Shown here piece after piece: positions 1 to 10,179 of a DNA stretch of 64,000 nt. The notes beneath the pieces are model-generated. The model had not been told where the DNA came from. It saw only the letters and a list, made by a program, of their open reading frames with translations, and made no database searches. The DNA lies in NCBI GenBank assembly GCA_977018835.1, contig OZ361256.1, positions 2,976,001-3,040,000 of the forward strand. Reading direction: 5' to 3'. This stretch comes from Minutocellus sp. GHC0000111. Lineage: Eukaryota. Every line of letters begins with the position of its first letter. The first letter of the stretch is position 1. Position numbers and translations under genes: made by a program.

Positions 1-10
1 ATTTGGCTAA

Positions 11-430
11 GGGCGGCTGAAGCGCACTATATGGGAGCATGATGGTGTCATCGACTTGCATATTGATCCGATGATGTTTGTGGAAGAAGACGCCACATTT
101 AGCTTGGATTTATTAATACCAAAAACAGAAGGTGGAGCTTGGGGCACCCAATCCAAGGGGGGAATTCCCTTCCGAGAAAAGTTGTGGATTCAAAACAATG
201 AAAGCCGAGTAACAGTTATTGCCAAACCAAAGGTTCGCAGCATATTGGCACACGCAGCGACAGATTCATCACCGGCAAGGATTGAAATCATCATCCCATC
301 TAGTTCCTTGCCTCTCCGAGTGCGCATAATTGTTGATGACGTTGATATCTTTCATTCTGGGGCGGAACAGGACGATACGTTCTTTGCGGAACAGATGGAG
401 GCTGATTTTAAACAGCCACTTGAGTTCTGA
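11..430 (+). CDS. 3' end of an unknown protein (gene probably begins before the window)
   Basis: Open frame from about 11 to TGA at 428-430 (GRLKRTIWEHDG...LEF), followed by an AT-rich 3' region; no recognisable motif. Confidence 0.4.
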   Translation, partial: GRLKRTIWEHDGVIDLHIDPMMFVEEDATFSLDLLIPKTEGGAWGTQSKGGIPFREKLWIQNNESRVTVIAKPKVRSILAHAATDSSPARIEIIIPSSSLPLRVRIIVDDVDIFHSGAEQDDTFFAEQMEADFKQPLEF

Positions 431-648
431 GTTCTTCAAAGTCCCTTAGCTTTATACATCAACTAGCTTTCTAGACTACCAAGGTAGGAAACCAGCATGG
501 TCTAGGTAGAAGCAAATGCAGAATACACGGCGATATGCAAGGTCATGCAAAATATATACTATGCAAACATTGCTTTCCCTCTGTGCCATATATACTTTAC
601 TATAACTTGTAGAACGTCAGAGAAACCCTTGGGATGAAAATCAACTAG

Positions 649-2238
649 CTAGCGGTGCGCCAGCTTCTCATGAAGAACGATATCCTCCACTGATCCCATG
701 GCCCTGCAGTACCGACAACACACGGAAGGGTGCATCGTGCAGCGCTCCAAATCCACGCACGTACCAATGGGCAGACCCCCCTCGGCAAAGATGATGCGCC
801 GCGCATCGTCCCCCGGCCGATCGGACAGGCGCTCGATCCTAGGACGTTTCTTCTGCGGCTTCGACGTCGATTGGCTCCGCTCGTACCGTTCCAACGCGGC
901 TGTTCTCCGCCTCGCAATCTCGGCCGCCAGCCCATCGGCGTCGATGTACTTCTTGTACGAGGCCTCCATCACCTCCGACAGCAGGTACAGCGTCGAGCTG
1001 CAACCCTTCTTGCTTTTCGTTTTCTTCTCGTACATGGCACCCCGCAGCTGGTACAGCTCGGAATCCGACAGCAGGAACAGCTTGGCGTTGGTCTTGTGGA
1101 TCAGATACGCCGACGGGTCGGACAGGGCGCAGGCGGTGCAGGTTCTGGTAAATGTGATGGAATTGGCCAGGGCGCAGAGGGCACCGCACTTGGCGCAAGC
1201 TTTGCTGAGGAGGCAGGATGCTGCCTTCTTATACCCAACGGCGTTGATTACCGTGTCGGATGGTCTGGCAAAGCACGAGAGCATCCTGTTCTCACCGCAC
1301 ACGGTCGATGCCTTGTAGTTGCGAGCCAAGGTGACGGCACGTCCAGTCAGAGTCCCGTACGGTCTCCCCGACTTGGCCGCACGTTCAAACAGTTTCCGCC
1401 AAATGGGAGCCTCATCGACCATGTCCGAGATAGACTTGGAACAGGATGCCAGCCGACCGATATCCCGCAGGGTAAAGATGGGATTCACGAAGCTGTGATG
1501 GCGGAGGGTCACGTCCAGTGCCCCGAGGAGGGCGGGGTCGACCGCCGTTCTAATACATGTGTAGGCCGCGCCATTCCCAGCCTCATTCTCCATCTCTAGC
1601 TTTTCCATTCCACCATATTCTTCTTCCAAGGCCAGTGTCATCTCATGCCTCCCACCACGGGTTGCCGCCTCCACAAATGCACAAATCTCCTGACTAGTGG
1701 CCGGGCTGACCAGGGGAGTTGGATTCGCAACCTCTGGGACGCCGCCATTACCCATACCACGGCGTCGGGGCTGCTTGACCGGCGTCTTGTTCTCCGCCAG
1801 GATCTGGGCCAGATCGTCGTGCGTAATGTCGCACTTGGGGTGAGGTGGAAGTTGATGAAAACCACGGTGAGAGAGCGAGCGCAGGCACATGACCTCGTAA
1901 GGATTTGTTCGGCCAGGAGGGCAAAAAGATACGACCGACATCCAGCCGCCGCGTGCTGCAGGGGACCAATGCGGATACTTCCACGCCAGCGAACAGAGTT
2001 CTTGTCGATGCAGATCACCATCCTTCGGATGCAAAGTATATGTTGCCATGCGAGGGAACGAGACAGTCAAGGGCTGCCATTGCCGTTGGCTGAGCAGAGC
2101 CAACTTAACTTGGAAAGAAATTTCTGGCGGTCATCACTCGAAAAAGACACCCCGCACTCTTTGGCACCAGAACAGTCGGTGCAACTGAATTTCAGTGTCG
2201 TGGACCATAGCACTCACCTCCTCCATTCCGTTCGTCAT
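649..2238 (-). CDS. F-box protein with XPA-C-terminal-like region and C-terminal C2H2-like zinc finger
   Basis: 484-aa ORF 649-2103 plus likely exon 1 at 2238-2218 (ATG...GAG|GTGAGT). F-box-like LRDIGRLASCSKSISDMVDEAPIWRKL; CxxC pairs; XPA-C-like FLLSDSEL...LYLLSEV...KKY; terminal CRYC...HEKLAH. Confidence 0.6.
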
Positions 2239-2328
2239 CGTATCTTCTGCTGGATCAGCGGCATCTACACCAGAGAGCACGAACGCTGCTCTGCTCCTCA
2301 GTCAGGGCCTTCGGCTGGAAAATGAAGG

Positions 2329-2586
2329 TGTTGAGGCGGCTCGCCGAAGACAGCCTCCCAGCGCCCGTGAAGCGACCGGATGCCGGCTGTGGCTACAGCG
2401 TAGACCTCGAGAGGTACAAAGATAACAGACCAGTTATGTAATTACGTGAGTTGGCTGTATAATGACCAGTGATCCTGGTGCAGAGCCGAAGGGTTATGAG
2501 CACTTTTGGGCAAAAGTAGTACTTTTGGGCAAAAGTGGTACTTTTTGGGCAAAAGCAGTAAGTGGTAACGCACACAATTCTCAACA
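2329..2586 (-). repeat. 3' LTR (258 bp)
   Basis: Direct repeat of 3907-4192 differing by 3 substitutions and two indels (10 and 18 bp); 7-bp terminal inverted repeat. Confidence 0.95.
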
Positions 2587-2632
2587 CACTCCTGTAATTC
2601 CTACGAGCTGTGGGAGCAGCTATCGTTTGGAA

Positions 2633-3742
2633 CTAGTCGTCGAGATTGAGGATCAGGGCCCGAAACTTGCGGAATTGGGCGCCCTGAAGAGGCTTGGTGA
2701 AGAAATCACCGATCATGTCCTCGGTGGGGCAATATTCTACCGAAACCTCCTGTTTCTCGATGCGGTCGGTGATGAAGAAGTAGCGCATATCGATGTGCTT
2801 TGTCCTCTTCGAACAGGAGAACTTGCCGTTCCTCTCCATCATGGTGTCGCGGACGTGGGTGGTGATGGCGCGAAGCTGGTCGTCGCTCGGCATGGCCATG
2901 TTGATGGCAATGGCATCGGCCGGGTGGGCGCTCTTGATGACGAACGCGGCCAGGCCCTGCTCGTAGGGCGCCAGCACCTCCAGCTCCTTGGGGGTGTCGA
3001 CGCCGGCGGTGGCCGTGCCGGCCGACCGACCGGTCGAGCAGGTCATGTGCGGCGTCGAGCGCGTCGACATATGCTCGCCGGTGTTCTGCCCGCCGCCCTT
3101 GTCGGACCGGAGGCGGGCGACACGGTTGCGGCACCTGAGGGCGTTGACGAACGGGAACTCGTGGTTGCTGACCGAGTAGCCCTCCTCCTCGATGGCACGC
3201 CGGAGGCTGATGGTGTCCGAGGACGAAAGAAGCTGTTGGAAGTCGGACCGGTTCTTGATCCGCCCCCGAAGGTAGTCGTCGCACTGTCCCAGTAGAAGGG
3301 GGAAGAGCGACTGGAGGGCGTGCTCGTTGCGGTCCTTCTTCTTCATGAAGGCGCCGCACTCCAGCTTCCACTCCATGAGGTCGAGCTCGTTGATCTTGTT
3401 GTCGGTCCCCGTGGCCTGTGGCCGCGTGGGCGGAGCGGTGACGACCGGCGTGCCGGTGCGGAGTGCGCCGGCCACCTCAGGAGAAGCGTGGAGGTGGACT
3501 TGAGCGTAGTCGGCGATCGCGTCGTTGGTTCGCTTGAAGGCGGTGTTGCCGACGGAGAAAATCTGGTCCTTGATCTCCTCGATCGGCGAGCGATAGGGCG
3601 GCCTTCCACCGGCCTGGCCCTGCTGGTTCGCCTTCTGCTTCTTGCCGCTGCGATTCCCGCCGGCGGATCCGGCCTGCCGGGGCTGTTGCTGTTGCCCCCC
3701 GCCGTTCCCATCCTCAAACTTCACCTTGGGTTGAGTGGTCAT
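2633..3742 (-). CDS. Gag-like protein fused in frame to the C-terminal part of copia RNase H (protease, integrase and RT deleted)
   Basis: Gag-like LFPLLLGQCDDYLRGRIK; C-terminus ERNGKFSCSKRTKHIDMRYFFITDRI...YCPTEDMIGDFFTKPLQG is the Ty1/copia RNase H tail. Confidence 0.85.
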   Translation of the reverse strand: MTTQPKVKFEDGNGGGQQQQPRQAGSAGGNRSGKKQKANQQGQAGGRPPYRSPIEEIKDQIFSVGNTAFKRTNDAIADYAQVHLHASPEVAGALRTGTPVVTAPPTRPQATGTDNKINELDLMEWKLECGAFMKKKDRNEHALQSLFPLLLGQCDDYLRGRIKNRSDFQQLLSSSDTISLRRAIEEEGYSVSNHEFPFVNALRCRNRVARLRSDKGGGQNTGEHMSTRSTPHMTCSTGRSAGTATAGVDTPKELEVLAPYEQGLAAFVIKSAHPADAIAINMAMPSDDQLRAITTHVRDTMMERNGKFSCSKRTKHIDMRYFFITDRIEKQEVSVEYCPTEDMIGDFFTKPLQGAQFRKFRALILNLDD

Positions 3743-3895
3743 CACGACCAGGTTTTATCTCCCGCGTAGCAGGAAGACAAAGAGGTGATGGTCCCCGGCG
3801 TCGCCGGAGGGCCAAACAATTGTGCCCCCGCCGTCAGCGGAAGGTCGAGAAAATGTTGGTTTCGGAAAGCGTCCGAATACGCGCACAGATGTATG

Positions 3896-3906
3896 TCACG
3901 TAATTA
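3896..3906 (-). promoter_or_regulatory. Putative self-priming primer-binding site (TAATTACGTGA on the element strand)
   Basis: Directly abuts the 5' LTR; exact reverse complement of LTR positions 4017-4027 (and 2439-2449); no TGG tRNA-type start. Confidence 0.65.
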
Positions 3907-4192
3907 TGTTGAGGCGGCTCGCCGAAGACAGCCTCCCAGCGCCCGTGAAGCGACCGGATGCCGGCTGTGGCTACAGCGTAGACCTCGAGAGGTACAAAGA
4001 TAACAGACCAGTTATATAATTACGTGAGTTGGCTGTATAATGACCAGTGATCCTGGTGCAGAGCCGAAGGGTTATGAGCACTTTTGGGCAAAAGTAGTAC
4101 TTTTGGGCACTTTTGGGCAAAAGTGGTACTTTTTTGGCAAAAGTAGTAAGTGGTAACGCACATATAAAAGTAGCCGGCAACAATTCTCAACA
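3907..4192 (-). repeat. 5' LTR (286 bp)
   Basis: Direct repeat of 2329-2586; TG...CA ends; flanked by TSD GAAGG. Confidence 0.95.
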
Positions 4193-4398
4193 GAAGGCTG
4201 AAGGGGCGAGGCGAGATCGAACGGTCGAACGGGTCCAGTGCAGTGATGACGCTGTAATGACGAAATTTATTCTTCGTCCAGCCAATTCGAGTTTCTTCAT
4301 CAATAGGAATCCTAAGTATGTGGTCTGAGTTCACGGTGGTTGGATGTTGCTGCCTTGCTTGGCAGATAATCATGCGAGGTTGTAGCAAAAGAAGCAAC

Positions 4399-5499
4399 AT
4401 GACGAATAATCTCATTGCACTCTCATTCCTGGCATTGTCGGGCCCATCGATTTGCTTCATTCCGTGCGCTCATGCCTTCGCCGTCCATCGTCCAACATTG
4501 TCGAGTTCCAGCCTCACCAAAAATGTTGCTGATGGTAGCGTTGGATGCATGCCGACGACATCATCGCTTGGTGAATCCTCATCACAAGAGAGCGAATCAA
4601 CGCCAATAATAGATCGGAGGGTTTATATCGAAGCATCGCTCTTATCGGCAATTTCATGTTTGACACTGCCACAGTCAGCTATGGCGAATGGCGCGGATGA
4701 CACGACAACAACGACCAAAGATGGAAGTAGCACCACCTCTATCAACAACAGCAGACGACCATTCGCACCGATCGACACGCTGGTACCAGCCACTCGAGTT
4801 CGACTAATGATCAATGATGCACTCCAAGTTCCAAATCAGCTTAATCAAGCTGAAGCTGCCAACAAGCGGCAGCTACTCCTGCAATTGGACGCACTGCTCC
4901 TCCAACCACAATTCTTCACTCGAGGGTATCAATCCATCGACGTGCCGAAGCAACCGGCCAAATCTTATCTGGATTCCTATGCGCAATATCGCAATAGCGT
5001 TTCCCTCCTGGAGAAGCCCGGTGCCCTGCTGGTTCAGAACGGGGAAATTGACACCTGGAAGCGTCTCAAGCGTCAGGAGAAGGCACGGGAGGACAGGGAC
5101 GAGGTCCGCGCCGCTCTCAACTTTTACACGTCCAACCTCAACTTCAATCCGGACAAGTATACACTGACCGGAAGCAAGTCCGAACGGTCGCAGCTGATCC
5201 GCAACGACCAGCTGCCCGATGTCAAGAATGTCATTGCCAGTGATATGGGTTTGCGATATCTGCTACGGAACGAGGTGCTCACGGCCTTGGACGATGCGAG
5301 GGCCGAACTGAGGTATCAGATGGAGGAGGAAGAAAAAGGGAACAATGTCGACGGAACAGAGTTGTTGGACATATTGCAACAGGCACAGGCATCGTGCGAT
5401 AAGTGGTTTGGGCTGATTGGGAAGAAGGACGTTGCCGCTGCCCTGGAGATTGTGCAAAAGGAGGAGGGGAGAACCGACTCGTCTTCCAGAATAAAATAA
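4399..5499 (+). CDS. Plastid (probably thylakoid-lumen) protein of unknown function
   Basis: Signal peptide ending AHA-F, Ser-rich transit peptide, then twin-Arg RR plus hydrophobic stretch ending AMA (lumen-transfer signal). Confidence 0.7.
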   Translation: MTNNLIALSFLALSGPSICFIPCAHAFAVHRPTLSSSSLTKNVADGSVGCMPTTSSLGESSSQESESTPIIDRRVYIEASLLSAISCLTLPQSAMANGADDTTTTTKDGSSTTSINNSRRPFAPIDTLVPATRVRLMINDALQVPNQLNQAEAANKRQLLLQLDALLLQPQFFTRGYQSIDVPKQPAKSYLDSYAQYRNSVSLLEKPGALLVQNGEIDTWKRLKRQEKAREDRDEVRAALNFYTSNLNFNPDKYTLTGSKSERSQLIRNDQLPDVKNVIASDMGLRYLLRNEVLTALDDARAELRYQMEEEEKGNNVDGTELLDILQQAQASCDKWFGLIGKKDVAAALEIVQKEEGRTDSSSRIK

Positions 5500-6275
5500 T
5501 GCGAACCACAAAACAAAAAGTGATTCATCGTTGGCAATATTACCCGTAGCGTGAGTCGCAAAAACACGTTGCCAAGATCAATCCCCTCCATGACGCTGCC
5601 CATGTCGCTCATACCCATTCCCAGGTACCCATGTATCAACAGCGGGCTTAGGAACACCCCCACGGCATTCCCCAGCACACTGTTCAGCACCGCCGATGCC
5701 TCACATCCGTTTGCCGCCTTTGTTAGCACGACGGCCATGATGACGGTCATCGGCAACGAAAAGCAAATGGTTATGCCATCTGCGAGCACTTGCGACAGCG
5801 CACCGACGGCTATTAGTAGTCGTGTTATCCCGTAGGCTATGGACGACGGCACGAAAAAGTTGAACAATTGTACGAATGCATTGAATTTGTACTGATGAAC
5901 TGCATATTGCAAGTCGGCCGTGGGCAGTGTAAGACCAGTGAGGAGGAAGATGAGGATGACACATATCCACCCTGCCGTTATTGCCGGTGCGAGGTAGACG
6001 GCACCGAGGGGAGGATACGCATACGCCAAGAGTATGACGAGGAGAATGAGCAGCACGAACGAATTCTTTTTCAGGAATGCCGCGAGGTACTTTCGTATTC
6101 TCTGCGATAAAGATGGGGCTGGAGCTTGGGATGTGGATATTGTTGTTGTGCCCGACGCTTTGGCGTTTGCTGGTGGGTTTTCCTCATATGTGTCCTCCGA
6201 ACTGCATCCGGATGATAACTCCTGTCTCATCGCAGGGCCATCGATCCTTTCGTCTGCATGCTCGTCGTCTCCCAT
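5316..6275 (-). pseudogene. SLC10A7/SBF-like bile acid:Na+ symporter family protein, C-terminally truncated
   Basis: Multi-TM with LIFLLTGLTL, FNAFVQLFNF, LPMT, AVLNSVLGNAVGVFLSP motifs; transporter-like sequence stops after LRVILPT (about 5530) and the ORF runs antisense into the neighbouring gene. Confidence 0.75.
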
Positions 6276-6665
6276 TGCTGCAAATTAAATTGTTGTCATG
6301 GGTCCCATTGCTCGTTCAGCAGTCCTGGTCAGCCAGCGCACGCGTTTTTGTACCGTACTCCTTCATGGTACTCCTTCATGAGGGTACTTTTCTTTCAAAC
6401 AAGTTTTGCATTGATCAAGGGAGTGTATTTGCCGTCTGTACGTCTGTCCCTTCGGACTTTTTCGACTGTCAAGAAATGTCAGGATGTTGAACCAAAGGAT
6501 TGCTCGCAGCTCGCAGTCATAAAGCAAGCAGGAGCAACTGATGACTGATTGATTCAATTGAGCCGAGCAAGTGCTGATTTGTTGCGGTTTAAGAAAGCTT
6601 TGGCGCATTAAAGATATCTCTGACCAAGCCACTTCACACCAAACTCAAAAGGCAACAAAGAAACG

Positions 6666-8215
6666 ATGTACTTCTCTAATTTGCCTACTCTAATTTGCCT
6701 ACTTTCCATGCTGGGCACCTGCCATGCTGGGCCCTTCCTCAAAACTGCTCAAGATTCCCTCGATCTCCTCGCCGAGTATAATTGCGATGCTAACGCCACG
6801 ACGATACTTCGATACCGACAATACACTCCCTGGGGACCAGCGGTCGATGGATCTCAACGTCCTGGCTACTCCATTGATCCAGCCGATCGTGACAACTATG
6901 GTGCCATCAATTTCTTCATCCGCAATGTTCTAGAAGGCACTGCCAAGCTGGGTTCGGACAAGTGTGTGCTGTTCGAGCCCGTACCAATTGACTTTCCCTG
7001 CATCGGCACTGCCGTCGGAACGCGTTCAGCGGAAGAATGCGATGGTATCCCCGCCAGCTTCCACACCATGGGACCCTCGGATACGTCTCGACGATACGGT
7101 GCACTGCTGGTCATCGGTGGATTGTTTGGCATGGACTTTGGTGATCACATTGACTGGCTCTACAATGTCCTGCCGACGGTCCAATCCATTATTGATAAGC
7201 GAGAGGAGAACACGGTGGTCATTCCAGCAGTAGGCGGGCTGGTACAGTCGTCTGGTATGTTTCGTCAGAACTTGTATCAGTACGAATCTTATGCCGACAA
7301 TCTGGAGGATTCCAGGCCAGTAATATGAGAGCTGCCTGCCGCGCCATTTTAGGGTCGAATGTTTACAATCCCGACACTTGCGAGGAAGATGGCTTCCTCT
7401 GTCCGGCCAATGGTGTGTCTGGAGTGCCACCACTTGAGGATATCGCGACGGGAGACATCGATGGATTCGAATATGCTGGAGCAACGGACAATCTCGATGT
7501 ATTCTTCGAGAACAACGATGTTGGACCCAATCCTGGCCAGCTTGGTATGACTTTCTATCACTACCCAGCGTGGCATCAACCCTTTTACATCGGCGGCATG
7601 TACGTCAATGGAGATGTATGGAATAGGCTCAGCGAAGACGTACGGGCCGTGGTTGTGGATGCGTCGAGGCCATCGGTCGAGCAGTCGCGCGAGGCATCCA
7701 CCTCTGTCGAATGCGATTCTCTCAAAAGCATTTTGGAGTTCAATTCAGACGAGGAACTAGCCATGGCTCCTACCAATAGGGCAGCGGAAGGAATGTACTT
7801 GCTGTGTGATCCCAATAGTGGAACCTTCACAGGGATGTATACCGATGATTCGTCAGAGGCATGCAGTGCCAAGATGTCGCTTGGGTGTTGGAGAGAAAGC
7901 GCCTTGCAGGAGCTGCGCGAAGTGACTGATTCTCGATTGAGAGCTTTCAATGGCACTGCATTTGATTCTGTATGCCAGGGAGATGAGGACTGCATTAACA
8001 TTGTAGAGTCGTTGCTGGACTACCAGGAATCCATTGGGTTCGAATGGACAGCGCCAACCTTCCCTGCTAATTGTGTTGAGATTGATTTTGAGTGTGATGA
8101 TGGAGAAGGCAATGGTGATGCAAATGCAGATACTTCATCTGCGAACCAACAGAGTATTTTATCGTGCTCTATGATTGCAGTTGTCATTTCAATAGTCGTA
8201 GTGTGGGTGCAGTAA
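6666..8215 (+). pseudogene. Secreted, C-terminally anchored TRAP-type solute-binding protein (DctP/TakP-like), split by a frameshift at 7325-7328
   Basis: Signal peptide; LFGM...DWLY, SSGMFRQ, MR, GDIDGFEY and FYHYPAWHQP...VNGDVWNRLSEDVRAVV resemble DctP/TakP motifs; hydrophobic C-terminal tail. Confidence 0.65.
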
Positions 8216-8431
8216 AGTCTTATCTAGAGCAGAGAATTTTATTCATAATGCGTATTTATTCGATCCATATCCCCGTGGGTCGACGACTTACTGGAGCAAT
8301 AGCGAGTACAAACGGAAGCAGCTCTACCACGGCTACTACCCACAACCTTTTGGTTGTTACTTATTTATATCAATGTTATATGCCAGTGGTATTGCGCAAG
8401 TGATTCACCGTGGCACTATGAAACTCGAACC

Positions 8432-10179
8432 TTCGTGGAGGTCGACGCCAAAAAAAAAGACAGAAATGGCCAGATTTTCACACCGGTTCACCAATAGTGC
8501 TTTCCATACGGGGGGCAGAGACCGCCCGCGAGTATTAGTGCCAATTTGATATACTAAGTAACACTGTCTGGCAACTTGGCCGTGCCTTTGCTTTGAAATC
8601 TTTCCGTTCAGTACCTCACTCTTGGTTTGGCGGTGGCGACCTGCTGTTTCTGGCTCATGGTAGTATCAATTAATTGTGATTCAATGTAAAAGGCCGTCGT
8701 AGCTATTTTACCACGGCTACTGACCAGAAGTTGATCTTACATAGATGCAGACAAGACGAGATGGCAGTGCACTTGAGTTTGTGGCTATTGCTTATGACAT
8801 CATCTGTCTCCATCCCTCATGAGGTCGACAGCCCCAGCAAGAATGCCAAAAATATCGATTTTAACAGCTCTCCGGCACCAGTACTTTTATCACACCGCCA
8901 CCAACGATGTTTCGCGAGGTAATACAATGGGCTGGTAAAGCATAGAAAGCACTTTGATATCTTTTTCATGTAGTTGCTGTGGTTTCTTGGCGCGAAGAAG
9001 CAACCTCATTTGTCTACTGACCGCCTGAGAATCCAGCGCCCCCCAGCGAAAGACGAATGCTACTCCAAACGGATGAATCTTGGCCAAAACCCTGCGAAAC
9101 TTCCAATTATTGAACATCTTTGTAGATCCTCTGAGCGATGGTTACAAAGGTTTTGAGCAAACGTGCAGTAATCTGACCAAACTACCCCAATTTCTTCATT
9201 TTTTTACTCTGGACCGCTCTGAAGGCAGAGATTTTGGGCCTACTGGGCACCCCTCGTGCGCCACTAATATAGCAACTGATTATAAATAGTATTGATCGCC
9301 TTTTGCTGCCCTCCAGCGATGCTCGTGGTAATTTTTCATCATTTGGTAGCAGCACTAGTATCTATTGAGAGAGAGTGAAATTATGCCACTGACCCCCACG
9401 AAGAATCCCCACATAGCCATCAAATCATCAAGATTTCCAGCAAGCGTGCGAAACTGTTCACCAAAAGGCCGTCCCATATCATAATAAGAGAGAGAGAGAT
9501 AATAAGCCACAGCACCTATGGTCGACCGTTGGTAACAACCCGTTCCCGAAACAGCTCAGAAATTTCTCCGCAAAAGGTCGAGAAACGAAAAACGAGTGAT
9601 TTCTGAGGCTATTGTGATGCCAATGCTTGCCACACCGCCACCGAGTTCACATCGCAAGCCTTTTACCTGATTAATGGTATCATTCTCCGCCTAGTCATGT
9701 GGTCGAGCTGCATTGATTGTGAATCTTTGCCGTGTAGTAGCAGCATGGAGTTCCTCGTGAATCCATGCTGGAGTGTCACCGACCCTCCCGAAGGATTCTT
9801 ATCTAGCCCCCAAACCAACATCACTTGCACGAAACCCGCGACACTTTGCATAAATTAGCTATCCTATACTATCTCAAAGCGATGATGATAATCTACAGCT
9901 GCAACCTGGCCACAAAACATCCTTACTATCACCATTTCGCTCAAAAAATACTTCTCGAGCAGCAAAATAGAAAACCCTGACAATTTTCATGTCATTCTAT
10001 CTCGAATTCCCGTCCTTTACAGTACTACGAAAATTTCATGAGCATACATGTCGCTCAGGTATACTAAGGAGCGCTGTTTTATGCCCTTCCCGTGCAGTAG
10101 TTGTGATTCCTTGTCGTTCAGTATCAATATTGGAATTTGGAATCAGCAGCCCGCGAAATCTGGCGTCGACCTCCACGAA
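8432..10179. mobile_element. Putative non-autonomous DNA-transposon relic bounded by 19-bp inverted repeats
   Basis: TTCGTGGAGGTCGACGCCA at 8432-8450 and its exact reverse complement at 10161-10179; gene-poor, AT-richer interior; no clear TSD or transposase. Confidence 0.45.

Larger units (their letters stand above)
2329..4192 (-). mobile_element. Non-autonomous Ty1/copia (CoDi-like) LTR retrotransposon, 1864 bp
   Basis: Two LTRs TGTTGAG...CTCAACA (2329-2586, 3907-4192); 5-bp TSD GAAGG at 2324-2328 and 4193-4197; purine-rich tract ACAGGAGTG on the minus strand next to the 3' LTR (2587-2595); internal gag/RNase H ORF. Confidence 0.95.

Noticed and set aside
698..2325. Overlapping plus-strand ORFs (698-1318, 730-1599, 1645-2325)
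   Set aside because: Antisense to the F-box gene; no motifs
2502..2560. Palindromic repeats resembling a mini CRISPR array
   Set aside because: Only 3-nt gaps, no unique spacers, inside an LTR of a eukaryotic genome, no cas genes
2462..3769. Long plus-strand ORFs inside the retroelement
   Set aside because: Antisense shadows of the GC-rich gag ORF; no motifs
3880..3906. Canonical tRNA primer-binding site
   Set aside because: No TGG start or recognisable tRNA 3' complement; better explained by LTR self-complementarity, although an internal tRNA fragment cannot be excluded without a search
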